The notes under the pieces: generated by a model
Seen by the model: only the letters and a program-made list of their open reading frames with translations
Told to the model about the DNA's origin: nothing
The model's database searches: none
Position numbers and translations under genes: made by a program
Source: an uncultured Actinomycetota bacterium
GTDB lineage: Bacteria > Actinomycetota > Actinomycetes > JAHEKZ01
Assembly: GCA_963718235.1 (NCBI GenBank)
Contig: CAVQYR010000001.1
Coordinates: 160,001 to 224,000 of the forward strand
Length of the DNA: 64,000 nucleotides
Direction: 5' to 3'
Part shown: positions 34,475-43,902 of the stretch, in pieces
Layout: the number at the start of each line of letters is the position of its first letter
Position numbering within the stretch: the first letter of the stretch is position 1

Positions 34475-34482
34475 CAGCAGCG

Positions 34483-35904
34483 CTACCAGGCGAGGTCGAC
34501 CGCGGGCTCCTCGAGCATCGACGCCACGTCGACGAGCAGCCGTGAGCCCGTCGCGCCGTCGATGAACCGGTGGTCGAACGACAGCGACAGCGTGCACACC
34601 GTGCGCACGGCGAGCTCGCCCTGATGCACCCAGGGCTTCTGTCTCCACGCACCCACGGCGAGGATCGCCGACTCGCCGGGGTTGATGATCGGTGTCCCGC
34701 CGTCGACACCGAACACACCGACGTTGGTGATCGTGAACGTTCCACCGATGAGGTCGCCCGGGGTCGTGCGGCCCTCCTTGGCGGTCGCGGTCAGGTTGGT
34801 CAGCGCCGCCGCGAGGTCGCGCAGCGACAGGAGGTCGGCGTCCTTGATGTTGGGAACCACGAGCCCTCGCGGTGTCGCGGCGGCGAACCCGAGGTTGACC
34901 GCCCCGCGGTGCACGATCTCTCCGGCCGCTGCGTCGAACCACCCGTTGGCCAACGGGGTCCGGGCCAGCCCGGCCAGCACGGCGCGGGCCACGAGCAGCA
35001 TCTGCGTCACCCGCAGCCCCTCGAAGGACGCAGATCCGCGCAGCCGATCCAGCAGCTCGCCGCTCCTGGTGACGTCGACCTCGACCCACTCGGTGACGTG
35101 CGGGATGGTGAACGCGCTGCTCGACATGGCCTCGGCCATCAGTCGGGTGACCCCGCGCACGGGCTCACGCGACTGACCACGTGCCGCGGAGCCCGTCGTC
35201 GGGGTCTGGCCGGACCGAGGCGGCGACGTCATCGGCCTCATCAGGGCAGCGGCCGCCTCGACGTCGTCGCGGGTGACCACCCCCTCGGGTCCGGTCGGTC
35301 GCACCGCAGCCAGGTCGACCCCCAGCTCGCGGGCCAGCTTGCGCACCGGAGGCTTCGCGCGGGGCCGGGCCGGGCCGGCGGACGCGGCCGATGCCCGGTC
35401 GCCGCCCAGTCGGGCCTCGGCCGCCCGACCGATCTCGAGCCCGCCGTGACGCACCGGCTTGACCGGCTCACCGGGCGGGCCGGCCTCGAGCCGCTGCGTG
35501 CCGTGCGGCGAGACAGCGGGTAGTCGCGGCCGGCGCCTGGTCGCGTCAGGGGTGACGCCGTACCCGACGAGCACCGGACCGCTGCCCTCGGCCGGCGGCT
35601 CGACTCCCGGGTCGCCCGGCGCCGTCGGGGTCGGTGCGGCCTCGGTGAGCAACAGCGTGACCAGCGGCTTGCCGACCGCCACGACCTCGCCCTCGGTCGC
35701 GTGCAGCTCGGCCACAGTTCCGGCGTAGGGACTCGGCAGCTCGACCGCCGCCTTCGCGGTCTCCACCTCAACGAGCGGCTGGTTGACCACGACCGTGTCG
35801 CCCACGGCCACGAGCCAGCGGAGGACCTCGCCCTCGGTGAGCCCCTCACCGACGTCGGGCAGCAGGAACTGCCGGTGCAACGAAGGGGTGTCGGTCTGTG
35901 TCAT
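34483..35904 (-). CDS. pdhC: 2-oxo-acid dehydrogenase E2 (dihydrolipoamide acyltransferase)
   Basis: Lipoyl domain EVETAKA, E3-binding AKPPVRKLA, catalytic FDHRFIDG. Confidence 0.92.
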   Translation of the reverse strand: MTQTDTPSLHRQFLLPDVGEGLTEGEVLRWLVAVGDTVVVNQPLVEVETAKAAVELPSPYAGTVAELHATEGEVVAVGKPLVTLLLTEAAPTPTAPGDPGVEPPAEGSGPVLVGYGVTPDATRRRPRLPAVSPHGTQRLEAGPPGEPVKPVRHGGLEIGRAAEARLGGDRASAASAGPARPRAKPPVRKLARELGVDLAAVRPTGPEGVVTRDDVEAAAALMRPMTSPPRSGQTPTTGSAARGQSREPVRGVTRLMAEAMSSSAFTIPHVTEWVEVDVTRSGELLDRLRGSASFEGLRVTQMLLVARAVLAGLARTPLANGWFDAAAGEIVHRGAVNLGFAAATPRGLVVPNIKDADLLSLRDLAAALTNLTATAKEGRTTPGDLIGGTFTITNVGVFGVDGGTPIINPGESAILAVGAWRQKPWVHQGELAVRTVCTLSLSFDHRFIDGATGSRLLVDVASMLEEPAVDLAW

Positions 35905-35920
35905 CAAGGCTTCCAGTCGG

Positions 35921-36919
35921 TCAGAACGCCAGCGAGCGGTCGACGGCGTCGAGCACTCGGTCGAGGTCGGGCAGGTACAGGTGCTCGACCCGTGAGGGTG
36001 GGTAAGGCGTGTCGAACCCGCCCACCCGCAGCACCGGGGCCTGCAGGTCGTAGAAGCAGCGTTCGGTGAGGCGGGCGGCGAGCTCGGCCCCGAGCCCCAG
36101 GAACACCGGGGCCTCGTGGACGACCACGCAACGGCCGGTGCGGCTGACCGACCCGGCCACGGTGTCGACGTCGATCGGTGACAGGGACCGCAGGTCGACG
36201 ACCTCGATGCTCACGTGGTCCCCCTCCGCGGCGGCGGCCGCCTCGACGCACGTGCGCACCATGGGTCCGTAGGAGACGACGGTGACGTCGTCGCCCGATC
36301 GCACCACGCGGGCCTGGTCCAGGGGCGGCGGTACCGCGTCGAGGTCGACCTGCGCCTTGTCCCAGTAGCGCCGCTTGGGCTCCAGGAACACCACCGGGTC
36401 GTCGCACGCGACAGCCTGCTGCACCATCCAGTAGGCGTCGACCGGGTTGGACGGCGTCACCACCCGGAGTCCGGCGGTGTGGGCGAAGTACGCCTCCGGG
36501 GACTCGCTGTGGTGCTCGACCGCGCCGATCCCGCCGCCATAGGGGAGGCGAAGCGTCACGGGCATCGACACGCCCCCGGAGGAGCGTGCATGCATCTTGG
36601 CCAGCTGGCTGACGATCTGGTCGAAGGCGACGTAGACGAAGCCGTCGAACTGGATCTCCGTGACCGGGCGGAAGCCGCGCAGGGCCAGCCCGATCGCCGT
36701 ACCGATGATGCTGCTCTCAGCGAGCGGTGTGTCGATGACCCGGTGCTCGCCGAAGTCCTTCTGGAGCCCGTCGGTGATCCGGAAGACGCCGCCGAGCTTG
36801 CCGATGTCCTCTCCCATCAGCAGCACCTTGGGGTCGCTCTCGAGCGCCCGCCGGAGTCCGAGGTTGATCGCCTTGCCCAAGGTGATCGGTGCGCTCGCCT
36901 CGCCGGGGTTCGTCGTCAC
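35921..36919 (-). CDS. pdhB: Pyruvate/branched-chain 2-oxo-acid dehydrogenase E1 beta
   Basis: MGEDIGKLGGVFR, DTPLAES, EHHSESPE, FLEPK. Confidence 0.93.
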   Translation of the reverse strand: MTTNPGEASAPITLGKAINLGLRRALESDPKVLLMGEDIGKLGGVFRITDGLQKDFGEHRVIDTPLAESSIIGTAIGLALRGFRPVTEIQFDGFVYVAFDQIVSQLAKMHARSSGGVSMPVTLRLPYGGGIGAVEHHSESPEAYFAHTAGLRVVTPSNPVDAYWMVQQAVACDDPVVFLEPKRRYWDKAQVDLDAVPPPLDQARVVRSGDDVTVVSYGPMVRTCVEAAAAAEGDHVSIEVVDLRSLSPIDVDTVAGSVSRTGRCVVVHEAPVFLGLGAELAARLTERCFYDLQAPVLRVGGFDTPYPPSRVEHLYLPDLDRVLDAVDRSLAF

Positions 36920-36920
36920 G

Positions 36921-38048
36921 TCACACCTCCGGGGCGAACGAGCCGAGGTAGGTCTCGAACGACGCACGCTCGGCGTCGACGAGTGAGTGCGGTTCGGCGT
37001 AGGCGTGGGCGAACATGTCCAACGGAGCCGGGTCCGCCAGTGCGCGGCAGCCCTCACGGAGTCGTACGGCGAGCGCCTCGGACTCGGCGTCCAACGCTTC
37101 GAAGTACGCGTCGTCGACCAGCTGCTGCTTGTACAGGAACGACCTCAGCCGCTCGATCGGGTCGCGCAGCCGCCAGGCCTCGGTCTCGGCGTCGGTGCGG
37201 TACCGCGTCGGGTCGTCGGAGGTGGTGTGTGCCCCCATGCGGTAGGTGAACGCCTCGACGAGGCTCGGCCCACCCCCCTCGCGCGCACGCTGCAGCATGT
37301 ACCTGCTGACCGCCAGGCTGGCCAGGACGTCGTTGCCGTCGACCCGCACTCCGGGGAACCCGAAGCCGTTGGCGCGCTGGTACAGCGGGATCCGGGTCTG
37401 CCGCTCCAGGGGCTCGGAGATCGCCCACTGGTTGTTCTGGCAGAAGAAGACCACCGGCGCGTTGAAGACGCTGGCCCAGATGAAGGCCTCGTTGACGTCG
37501 CCCTGGCTGCTCGCCCCGTCGCCGAAGAAGACCATGACCGCGTGCTCGTCGCCGTCGGCCTGCATGCCCATCGCGTAGCCGACCGCCTGCGGGCACTGGT
37601 CGCCGATCACGATCGTGTACAGCGCGAACCCGTGCTCTCTGGGGCTCCAGCCACCGTTGGTGGTCCCCCGGAACAGACCGAGCAGGGTGAGTGGGTCGAC
37701 GTCGCGACACCAGGCGACCCCGTGCTCGCGGTAGGTGGGAAACGCCATGTCGCCGGGCAGCAGCGCGCGACCGGCACCGACCTGCGCGGCCTCCTGGCCG
37801 AGCAGCGAGGCCCACAGCCCCAGCTCGCCCTGTCGTTGCAGGGCGGTCGCCTCGGCGTCGATCCGCCGCACCAGCGTGAGGTCGCGGAACAGCGCACGGT
37901 AGTCGTCGTCGGTCAGCGTGATGTCGAAGGTCGGGTGGTGCAGTCGTTCCCCCTCGGGGGTGAGCAGCTGGACCATCGTCGGGTCAGCGGACACCGCCGC
38001 GATGGGCGGGGGCGCGCTCGCTCCTGGGGTCACGCCGTCCTCCTCCAC
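36921..38048 (-). CDS. pdhA: Pyruvate/branched-chain 2-oxo-acid dehydrogenase E1 alpha
   Basis: GQEAAQVG, TPP motif GDGA...QNNQWAIS, YRMGAHTTSDDP. Confidence 0.93.
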   Translation of the reverse strand: MEEDGVTPGASAPPPIAAVSADPTMVQLLTPEGERLHHPTFDITLTDDDYRALFRDLTLVRRIDAEATALQRQGELGLWASLLGQEAAQVGAGRALLPGDMAFPTYREHGVAWCRDVDPLTLLGLFRGTTNGGWSPREHGFALYTIVIGDQCPQAVGYAMGMQADGDEHAVMVFFGDGASSQGDVNEAFIWASVFNAPVVFFCQNNQWAISEPLERQTRIPLYQRANGFGFPGVRVDGNDVLASLAVSRYMLQRAREGGGPSLVEAFTYRMGAHTTSDDPTRYRTDAETEAWRLRDPIERLRSFLYKQQLVDDAYFEALDAESEALAVRLREGCRALADPAPLDMFAHAYAEPHSLVDAERASFETYLGSFAPEV

Positions 38049-38182
38049 CCGCCCCGGTAGCCGCGGGGTCTCCGTGCCACGCCGGGTGCTGGTCCGCCCA
38101 TGGTGGCCCTTTCCGCGCGCTGCGCCAAGCCACCGGGGTCAACGGCGTCCGACCGTGGCGCGGTGACCGTCGCCGGGGAGGC

Positions 38183-38992
38183 TCAGTGGGGCCGTGGTCC
38201 GTGCGGCGGGTGCCCCGGGCCGTGCTCGTGGCCACCCCCGTGATCGTGCCCGTCCCCGTGGCCACCCCCGTGATCGTGCCCGTCCTCGTGGCCACCGCCG
38301 TGATCGTGCCCGTCCTCGTCATGGGGAGGGCGTCCCTGGTCGTGGTCGTCCCCGTCCCCGTCACCGTCACCGTCATGGGGCGGGCACCCTGGGTCGCCGT
38401 CGTCCGGCGGCTGCCCGGGCCCGTGGTGCGGTGGGTGACTGGGCCCCCTGGGTCCGCCGTCGCCGGGCCCACCGGGGGGGCGCGGACCGTGTGGCCCGTC
38501 GCCCGGGTGAGTCGTCGGGGTGGGGGTAGGCGTGGGGGTGGGCGTGGGGGTCGGGTCATCGGGGGGAGGGGCCGGCTCGTCCGGCGATGAGCCCCCCGCG
38601 CCGGAAGGCCTGGCCCCGCCGTCGGAGGGCCGCACCGCCGGTGCGGCACTCGTTCCCGACGACGGAACGACGCCAGGGTCGTTCGCCGAGCGACCCGGTC
38701 CGGCCGGCCCAGGGCGGCCGGGGGCGGGCGACGTGGCGTCGGTCGTCGGCTCCGGCTGCACGCCGATCGGGGCCGGGACCACGAGCTGGTCCGGGAGTGG
38801 GCCGAGCCGCCGGTCGAGGGCCGACCGCGACTCCGTGGTGCCGTCGAGGGTTCGGTGGGCCACGGTGGCCATGGCAGCGAGCCCGCCGGCGGACAGGCTG
38901 GCCGCGAGGAGCAGCACGACCGTGGCCCGGCCGCTGGCCCCGGCGAACCACGAGGCACGACCGGGCCGACGCCGGCGTCCGTCGTGGTCCAT
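38183..38992 (-). CDS. Membrane-anchored Pro-rich protein with His/Gly/Asp-rich tail
   Basis: AAGGAG RBS before ATG 38992; one hydrophobic segment, (PT)n linker, (EDGHDHGGGH)-type repeats. Confidence 0.6.
   Translation of the reverse strand: MDHDGRRRRPGRASWFAGASGRATVVLLLAASLSAGGLAAMATVAHRTLDGTTESRSALDRRLGPLPDQLVVPAPIGVQPEPTTDATSPAPGRPGPAGPGRSANDPGVVPSSGTSAAPAVRPSDGGARPSGAGGSSPDEPAPPPDDPTPTPTPTPTPTPTTHPGDGPHGPRPPGGPGDGGPRGPSHPPHHGPGQPPDDGDPGCPPHDGDGDGDGDDHDQGRPPHDEDGHDHGGGHEDGHDHGGGHGDGHDHGGGHEHGPGHPPHGPRPH
38227..38316. repeat. Three tandem 30-bp coding repeats
   Basis: Unit CGTGGCCACCCCCGTGATCGTGCCCGTCC(C/T), with no spacers. Confidence 0.9.
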
Positions 38993-39020
38993 GACGTCTC
39001 TCCTTGAGCCCCACCGCGAC

Positions 39021-39044
39021 CATATCACTCAAAGTAGTGATGTG
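39021..39044. promoter_or_regulatory. AT-rich palindromic operator between divergent genes
   Basis: CATATCACT-N6-AGTGATGTG (8/9 complementary); regulator unknown. Confidence 0.45.
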
Positions 39045-39169
39045 ATTACTCTACGCGACTGATTTCCGATCGGGCCGTCGCGCCGCGCCGGGCCCCCGAA
39101 CCAGGCAGACTGGGGGCGCGCGGCCGGCACCGGCCGCGGTCCGCCCGCCCTGCATCCCGAGGACGACCC

Positions 39170-39820
39170 ATGACCGACCGCCCGATCCGGGTGTTTCTGC
39201 TCGACGACCACGAGGTCGTGCGTCGGGGCCTGCACGAGCTGCTCGTCCTCGAAGGCGACCTCGAGGTCGTCGGCGAGGGCGGGAGCGTGGCCGAGGCGCT
39301 GGCCAGGATCCCGGCCGTGCGCCCCGACGTCGCCGTCCTCGACGTCCGGCTGCCCGACGGCAGCGGCGTCGAGGTGTGCCGGGAGATCCGCTCGATGCTG
39401 CCGGACACGCGGTGCCTGATGCTGACGTCCTACGCCGACGACGAGGCGCTGTTCGACGCGATCATGGCCGGGGCGTCCGGGTACGCGCTGAAGGACATCC
39501 GGGGCAACGACCTCGTGGCGGCCATCCGCGAGGTGGCGGCCGGCAAGTCCCTGCTCGACCCGCAGGCCACGGCCAGGGTGCTCGAGCGCCTGCGCGGGGG
39601 CCAGCAGGAGGACGCCCGGCTGAGCATGCTCACCGACCAGGAGCGCCGGATCCTCGACCTGATCGGCGACGGGCTCACCAACCGTCAGATCGGCGAGCAG
39701 ATGCACCTCGCCGAGAAGACCGTGAAGAACTACGTGTCGTCGCTGCTGGCCAAGCTGGGCATGGAGCGCCGCACCCAGGCCGCGGCCTACATCGCACGCC
39801 AGCAGGAGCACGACCGCTGA
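39170..39820 (+). CDS. devR: DevR/DosR-like response regulator (NarL family)
   Basis: [47 protein letters not shown]. Confidence 0.88.
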   Translation: MTDRPIRVFLLDDHEVVRRGLHELLVLEGDLEVVGEGGSVAEALARIPAVRPDVAVLDVRLPDGSGVEVCREIRSMLPDTRCLMLTSYADDEALFDAIMAGASGYALKDIRGNDLVAAIREVAAGKSLLDPQATARVLERLRGGQQEDARLSMLTDQERRILDLIGDGLTNRQIGEQMHLAEKTVKNYVSSLLAKLGMERRTQAAAYIARQQEHDR

Positions 39821-39838
39821 CCGCAGGGCACTGCGGTC
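39819..39838 (+). terminator. Hairpin after devR
   Basis: GACCGCAG-GGCA-CTGCGGTC (8-bp stem, GNRA loop). Confidence 0.55.
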
Positions 39839-39860
39839 CGCCGCGAACGTGGGAGGCGGC

Positions 39861-40523
39861 ATGGACGAGTCACGAGCTCTGCAGCACGCGGGATGGGCGG
39901 GCGCCGCTTCGGTCGTGCTGCTCGTCGTCGGGGTGGGGCTGTGCGCGCTGGTCGGCGTCGACGACCCAGGCGTGTCGGACGCCGCCATCCTCGAGCGGCT
40001 CGACGACGGCGCCAAGCAGGCCGCCGCCGGCATCGGGGTGCCGATACTCAGCGCGGGGGTCGCGCTGCTGCTCTGGTTCGCCGTCGGGCTGCGACGGGTG
40101 CTGGACCGGCTGTCCGACGGCGACCCGCTCGCGCACGCGACCGTGCCGGCGGCGGCTCTGCTCGGCGGGCTGATGATCACAGGGGTGGGGCTCGACGTGT
40201 CGAGCGCGATCACCGCACTGTGGGACGAGTTCACCCCCGACCCGGACATCGCCCGCGTGCTCGGCACCGCAGGGGCCGTCGTCGGGCTCACCGGACTGAC
40301 CGGTGGCGCGGTGCTGGTCGCCGTGACGACCCGGATCGCCCAGCAGGCGCGGGCCCTGTCGGCGTGGGCCGTCTGGGTGTCCTACGCCGTCGCCACGCTG
40401 TGCCTGTTCGGCTTCTGGAGCCGAGGCATGGCGTCGGTGGCCCTCGCGCTGTGGCTCATCGGCGCCGTCATCGGGGTGCTGCGCGTGGCGCGGCGGACAC
40501 CGGTCGGCCAAGCCCGGCAGTGA
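39861..40523 (+). CDS. Hypothetical multi-TM membrane protein
   Basis: About 6 hydrophobic segments; GGAGG before ATG 39861. Confidence 0.7.
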   Translation: MDESRALQHAGWAGAASVVLLVVGVGLCALVGVDDPGVSDAAILERLDDGAKQAAAGIGVPILSAGVALLLWFAVGLRRVLDRLSDGDPLAHATVPAAALLGGLMITGVGLDVSSAITALWDEFTPDPDIARVLGTAGAVVGLTGLTGGAVLVAVTTRIAQQARALSAWAVWVSYAVATLCLFGFWSRGMASVALALWLIGAVIGVLRVARRTPVGQARQ

Positions 40524-40542
40524 GACCGGCCTGAGACCGGCC

Positions 40543-42159
40543 CTAGACCGCGCCTGGCCCACCACGCACGGGTGCTCGCCAGACCAGCCGAGTACCGCTT
40601 CCCTCCGGAGTCGCTGACTCCGTCACGCATGAGCCGCCGAGCCGCTCCGCCCGTTGGGAGAGGTTGGCGAGACCGCTGCGCCGTCCCCCGGGCTCGCCCA
40701 GTCCGACGCCGTTGTCGGTGACGATGAGCACCACGTCGTTGTCGTCGACGGACAGCGAGGTCCGAACCACCGTCGCCGAGGCGTGCCGGGCCACGTTGGA
40801 CAGCGCCTCCCGGACGGCGGCCACCACGTGCTCGGCCACGTCGTCGGGCACCACGCTGTCGATCGGACCGTCGAAGCGCACCGTCGGCTCGAAGCCCAGG
40901 GTGTGCGCAGCCGCAGACATCTCACGCAGCACCCGACCGCGCAGTCCGGTGGGGACCCCTCGGCTCTCCTGCAGCGCGAAGATCGTCGAGCGCACCTCGA
41001 CGATCGTCGCGTCGAGCTCGTGCACGGAGCGTTCGATCCGTTCGACGACGTCGGGCTCGGTGGCCGTGCGCGTGGCCCCTTGCAGCACCATCCCGGTGGC
41101 GAACAGCCGTTGGATCACCAGGTCGTGCAGGTCGCGCGCGATCCGGTCGCGGTCCTCGAGGACCGCCAGCCGCTCCTGCTCGCGCTGGGCCTCGGCGAGC
41201 ACCAGGGCGAGCGCGGCCTGTCCCGCGAAGTTCTCCGCCAGGATGCGCTCCTCGGGACGAAACGGGGGGGCGCCCAGGCGGTTGGCCAGGACGAGCGTGC
41301 CGAGGGTCCGGTCACCACTCACCAGCGCGACGTGCATGGTCGGTCCGTAGCGCTCGGCGTAGGGCGACGCGTCGGCCAGGTCGGCAGCGTCGGCCGGGGG
41401 CTGAAGCCGGCCGAGGAGGTCCTCGGTGCCCACGCCGGCCACGTGCTCGACGACCATCGAGTCGCCGTCGTCGGGCAGGGCGATCGTCGCTGCGTCGACC
41501 CCCGCCACCGCCCGTGCCCGGTCGGCGACCAGGTCCAGCACCTCGTCGGGCTCCTCGCCACGCAGCACGGCCGTGACGATCTCGGCAGACGCCCGCATCC
41601 ATGCGGCACGCATCTCGGCCTGGCTGAAGAGTCGTGCGTTCTCCACCGCGACCCCGGCCGCGGCGGCGAGCGCCACGAGCACCTGCTCGTCGTGCTCGCT
41701 GAACCGAGGGGCGCCCCGCTTCTCGGTGAGGTAGAGGTTGCCGAAGACCTCACCGCGCACCCGCACCGGCACACCGACGAAGGAGTGCATCGGGGGGTGC
41801 CCCGGCGGAAAGCCGAACGACTGCGGATGCGTCATCAGGTCGTCCAGGCGAAGCGGTCGCGGGTCGACCATGAGCAGGCCCAGGATGCCGTGCCCCCGCG
41901 GTGGTGTGCCGAGCGCCTGCACCTCGGCGTCGGCCAGGCCGACCACCACGAAGTCGCTGATCGCCCCCTCCGGACCGAGCACTCCCAACGCCCCGTACCT
42001 CGCGTCGACCAGGTCGACCGCCGCCTGCACGATTCGACGCAGCGTGTGGTTGAGCTCCAGGCCCGATCCCACGGCGACGACGGCGTCGAGCAACGCCGAC
42101 AGCTGGGCTCCGGCCGCACGGTCCGGCGAACTGTCGGTCGTGCGGCCGAGGTCAGTCAC
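40543..42159 (-). CDS. devS: DevS/DosS-like double-GAF sensor histidine kinase
   Basis: GAF-A GFPPGHPPM (heme-ligand His motif), H-box IARDLHDLVIQRLFA, EALSNVARHA, DNGVG. Confidence 0.9.
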   Translation of the reverse strand: MTDLGRTTDSSPDRAAGAQLSALLDAVVAVGSGLELNHTLRRIVQAAVDLVDARYGALGVLGPEGAISDFVVVGLADAEVQALGTPPRGHGILGLLMVDPRPLRLDDLMTHPQSFGFPPGHPPMHSFVGVPVRVRGEVFGNLYLTEKRGAPRFSEHDEQVLVALAAAAGVAVENARLFSQAEMRAAWMRASAEIVTAVLRGEEPDEVLDLVADRARAVAGVDAATIALPDDGDSMVVEHVAGVGTEDLLGRLQPPADAADLADASPYAERYGPTMHVALVSGDRTLGTLVLANRLGAPPFRPEERILAENFAGQAALALVLAEAQREQERLAVLEDRDRIARDLHDLVIQRLFATGMVLQGATRTATEPDVVERIERSVHELDATIVEVRSTIFALQESRGVPTGLRGRVLREMSAAAHTLGFEPTVRFDGPIDSVVPDDVAEHVVAAVREALSNVARHASATVVRTSLSVDDNDVVLIVTDNGVGLGEPGGRRSGLANLSQRAERLGGSCVTESATPEGSGTRLVWRAPVRGGPGAV

Positions 42160-42168
42160 ACCGGCAGC

Positions 42169-43902
42169 CTAGAACGCCTGCCTTCTCTCCCGCTCCCACG
42201 TGCTGGCGTACCAGCCAGGTGCCGCGAGGAGGTCTTGGTGGGTGCCGCGCTCGACGACCTGGCCCGCATCAAGAACCACGATCTCGTCGACGTCCTGGAG
42301 TCCGAGCAGTCGGTGGGTGATGACCACCGTGGTGCGACCACTCACGGCTCGCAAGAGGTCGTGCATGAGGGCGTCGGCCGTGGCTGTGTCGAGGTGCTCC
42401 CCCGGCTCGTCCAGCACCACGACCGGGAAGTCGGCGAGCAGGATCCGGGCGAGCGCCACGCGCTGGCGCTGTCCACCGGAGAGCCGGGCACCGTGCTCTC
42501 CGACCCGGGTGTCCAGCCCCTCGGGCAGCCCGTCGACCCAGTCGACCAGTCCGGCCGCCGCCAGCGCGTCGCGCAGCCGGGCCGGGCCGGCGTCACGTCG
42601 CGCCAGCAGGAGGTTCTCGGCCAGGGTCGAGTCGAACAGGTGCGCCTCCTGCGACAGCAGGCCGATGACCGTCCGGGTCTCGTCGCTGCGCACCGACGCC
42701 GTGGCCACGCCGTTGAGCGTGACCTGGCCCTGCTCGACATCGACGAAGCGCAGCAGCGCCGCCGCAACGGTCGACTTGCCCGCGCCACTGGGACCGACGA
42801 TCGCCACCCGGTGACCCGGCGGCAGGTCCAGCGAGAACGACTGCAGCGCAGCCGGCTGGCCCGGTGACCAGCGCACGTCGACGTCGTCCAGCGCGCAGTG
42901 GAACGGTGCCTCGGGCAGCGCGGCCGGCTCGGCCGGCTCGGTGACCGGGCTGGGTGCGTCGGCGACCTCGAAGATCCGGCGGGCCGACGCCTGCACCCGC
43001 GAGAGCTGCTGGAGGGCCATCGGCAACGGCATGACGAGCTCGAAGGCCGCCAGCGGGGTCAGGACGACGACCGCGAGCAGCACGCCGTCCAGCTGCCCTC
43101 GGGCAACGGCGAGGGCACCCACAGTGAGGCTGGTCAGCACGGTGATCCCGGCGGTGAGCGCAGTCAGCCCGGCTCCCACGCCGGCGCCGAGCGAGGCTCG
43201 CTGCTCGTGCTCACGCAGCACGTCGTCGCGCCGGGCGAGCCCTTGCAGTGCGTGCTCGGCGGTCCCGGCGACCACCAGCTCAGGGGCCAGCCGGACGAGC
43301 TCGACGACCCCGACGTTCAGGGCACCGCGGTCACCGGCCAGCGCCCGGTCGGCCCGACGTCCGACGGAGGCGGCCAGCAGGGGCACGATCAGCCCGGCCA
43401 GCACCAGGCCCAGGGCCAGGGCGCCACCAGCCGCCGGCACGAGCCAACCGACCAGGCCGACCGCACCGGCACCGACGATCGCCGCGACGCAGAACGGAGG
43501 GACGACCCGCAGGTACAGCTCCTGCACCGTGTCGACGTCAGCGACCAGCCGGCTCAGCAGGTCGCCGGAGCGAAAGGCCGGCACCCCGGCCGGGGCCAGG
43601 CGCTCGAGCTGCTCGTACACCTGCACACGCACGTCGGTGAGCACCCGGAAGGCCGCGTCGTGGCCCACCACCCGCTCGAGGTAGCGGAAGAAGCCGCGAC
43701 TGACGCCGAAGAACCGGACCCCGACGATCGCCACCGTCAGGGTGAGGATCGGTGGTTGCTCCGACGCACGGCTGATCAGGTAGGCGGAGGTCGCGATGAG
43801 GCCCACCGCGGCCACTGCGGTGAGGACACCGAGGAGCACGGCCAGGGCGAGGCGCCCCCACAACGGTCTGGCCATGCGCAGCAGGCGCCGGACGTCGGCC
43901 AT
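42169..43902 (-). CDS. cydC: Thiol-reductant ABC exporter subunit CydC
   Basis: VRFFGVSRGFFRYLER, GPSGAGKS, LSGGQRQR. Confidence 0.92.
   Translation of the reverse strand: MADVRRLLRMARPLWGRLALAVLLGVLTAVAAVGLIATSAYLISRASEQPPILTLTVAIVGVRFFGVSRGFFRYLERVVGHDAAFRVLTDVRVQVYEQLERLAPAGVPAFRSGDLLSRLVADVDTVQELYLRVVPPFCVAAIVGAGAVGLVGWLVPAAGGALALGLVLAGLIVPLLAASVGRRADRALAGDRGALNVGVVELVRLAPELVVAGTAEHALQGLARRDDVLREHEQRASLGAGVGAGLTALTAGITVLTSLTVGALAVARGQLDGVLLAVVVLTPLAAFELVMPLPMALQQLSRVQASARRIFEVADAPSPVTEPAEPAALPEAPFHCALDDVDVRWSPGQPAALQSFSLDLPPGHRVAIVGPSGAGKSTVAAALLRFVDVEQGQVTLNGVATASVRSDETRTVIGLLSQEAHLFDSTLAENLLLARRDAGPARLRDALAAAGLVDWVDGLPEGLDTRVGEHGARLSGGQRQRVALARILLADFPVVVLDEPGEHLDTATADALMHDLLRAVSGRTTVVITHRLLGLQDVDEIVVLDAGQVVERGTHQDLLAAPGWYASTWERERRQAF

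Noticed and set aside
38227-38316. 30-bp repeats as a CRISPR array
   Set aside because: They are head-to-tail with no spacers, have an in-frame 10-aa period, and no cas genes are present.
40654-42867. Long antisense or alternate-frame ORFs (also 18974-21190, 19666-21969, 43965-45752, 49601-51856, 55286-57019)
   Set aside because: They overlap well-supported genes, are Arg/Pro/Gly-rich and lack motifs; such stop-poor frames are expected at high GC.
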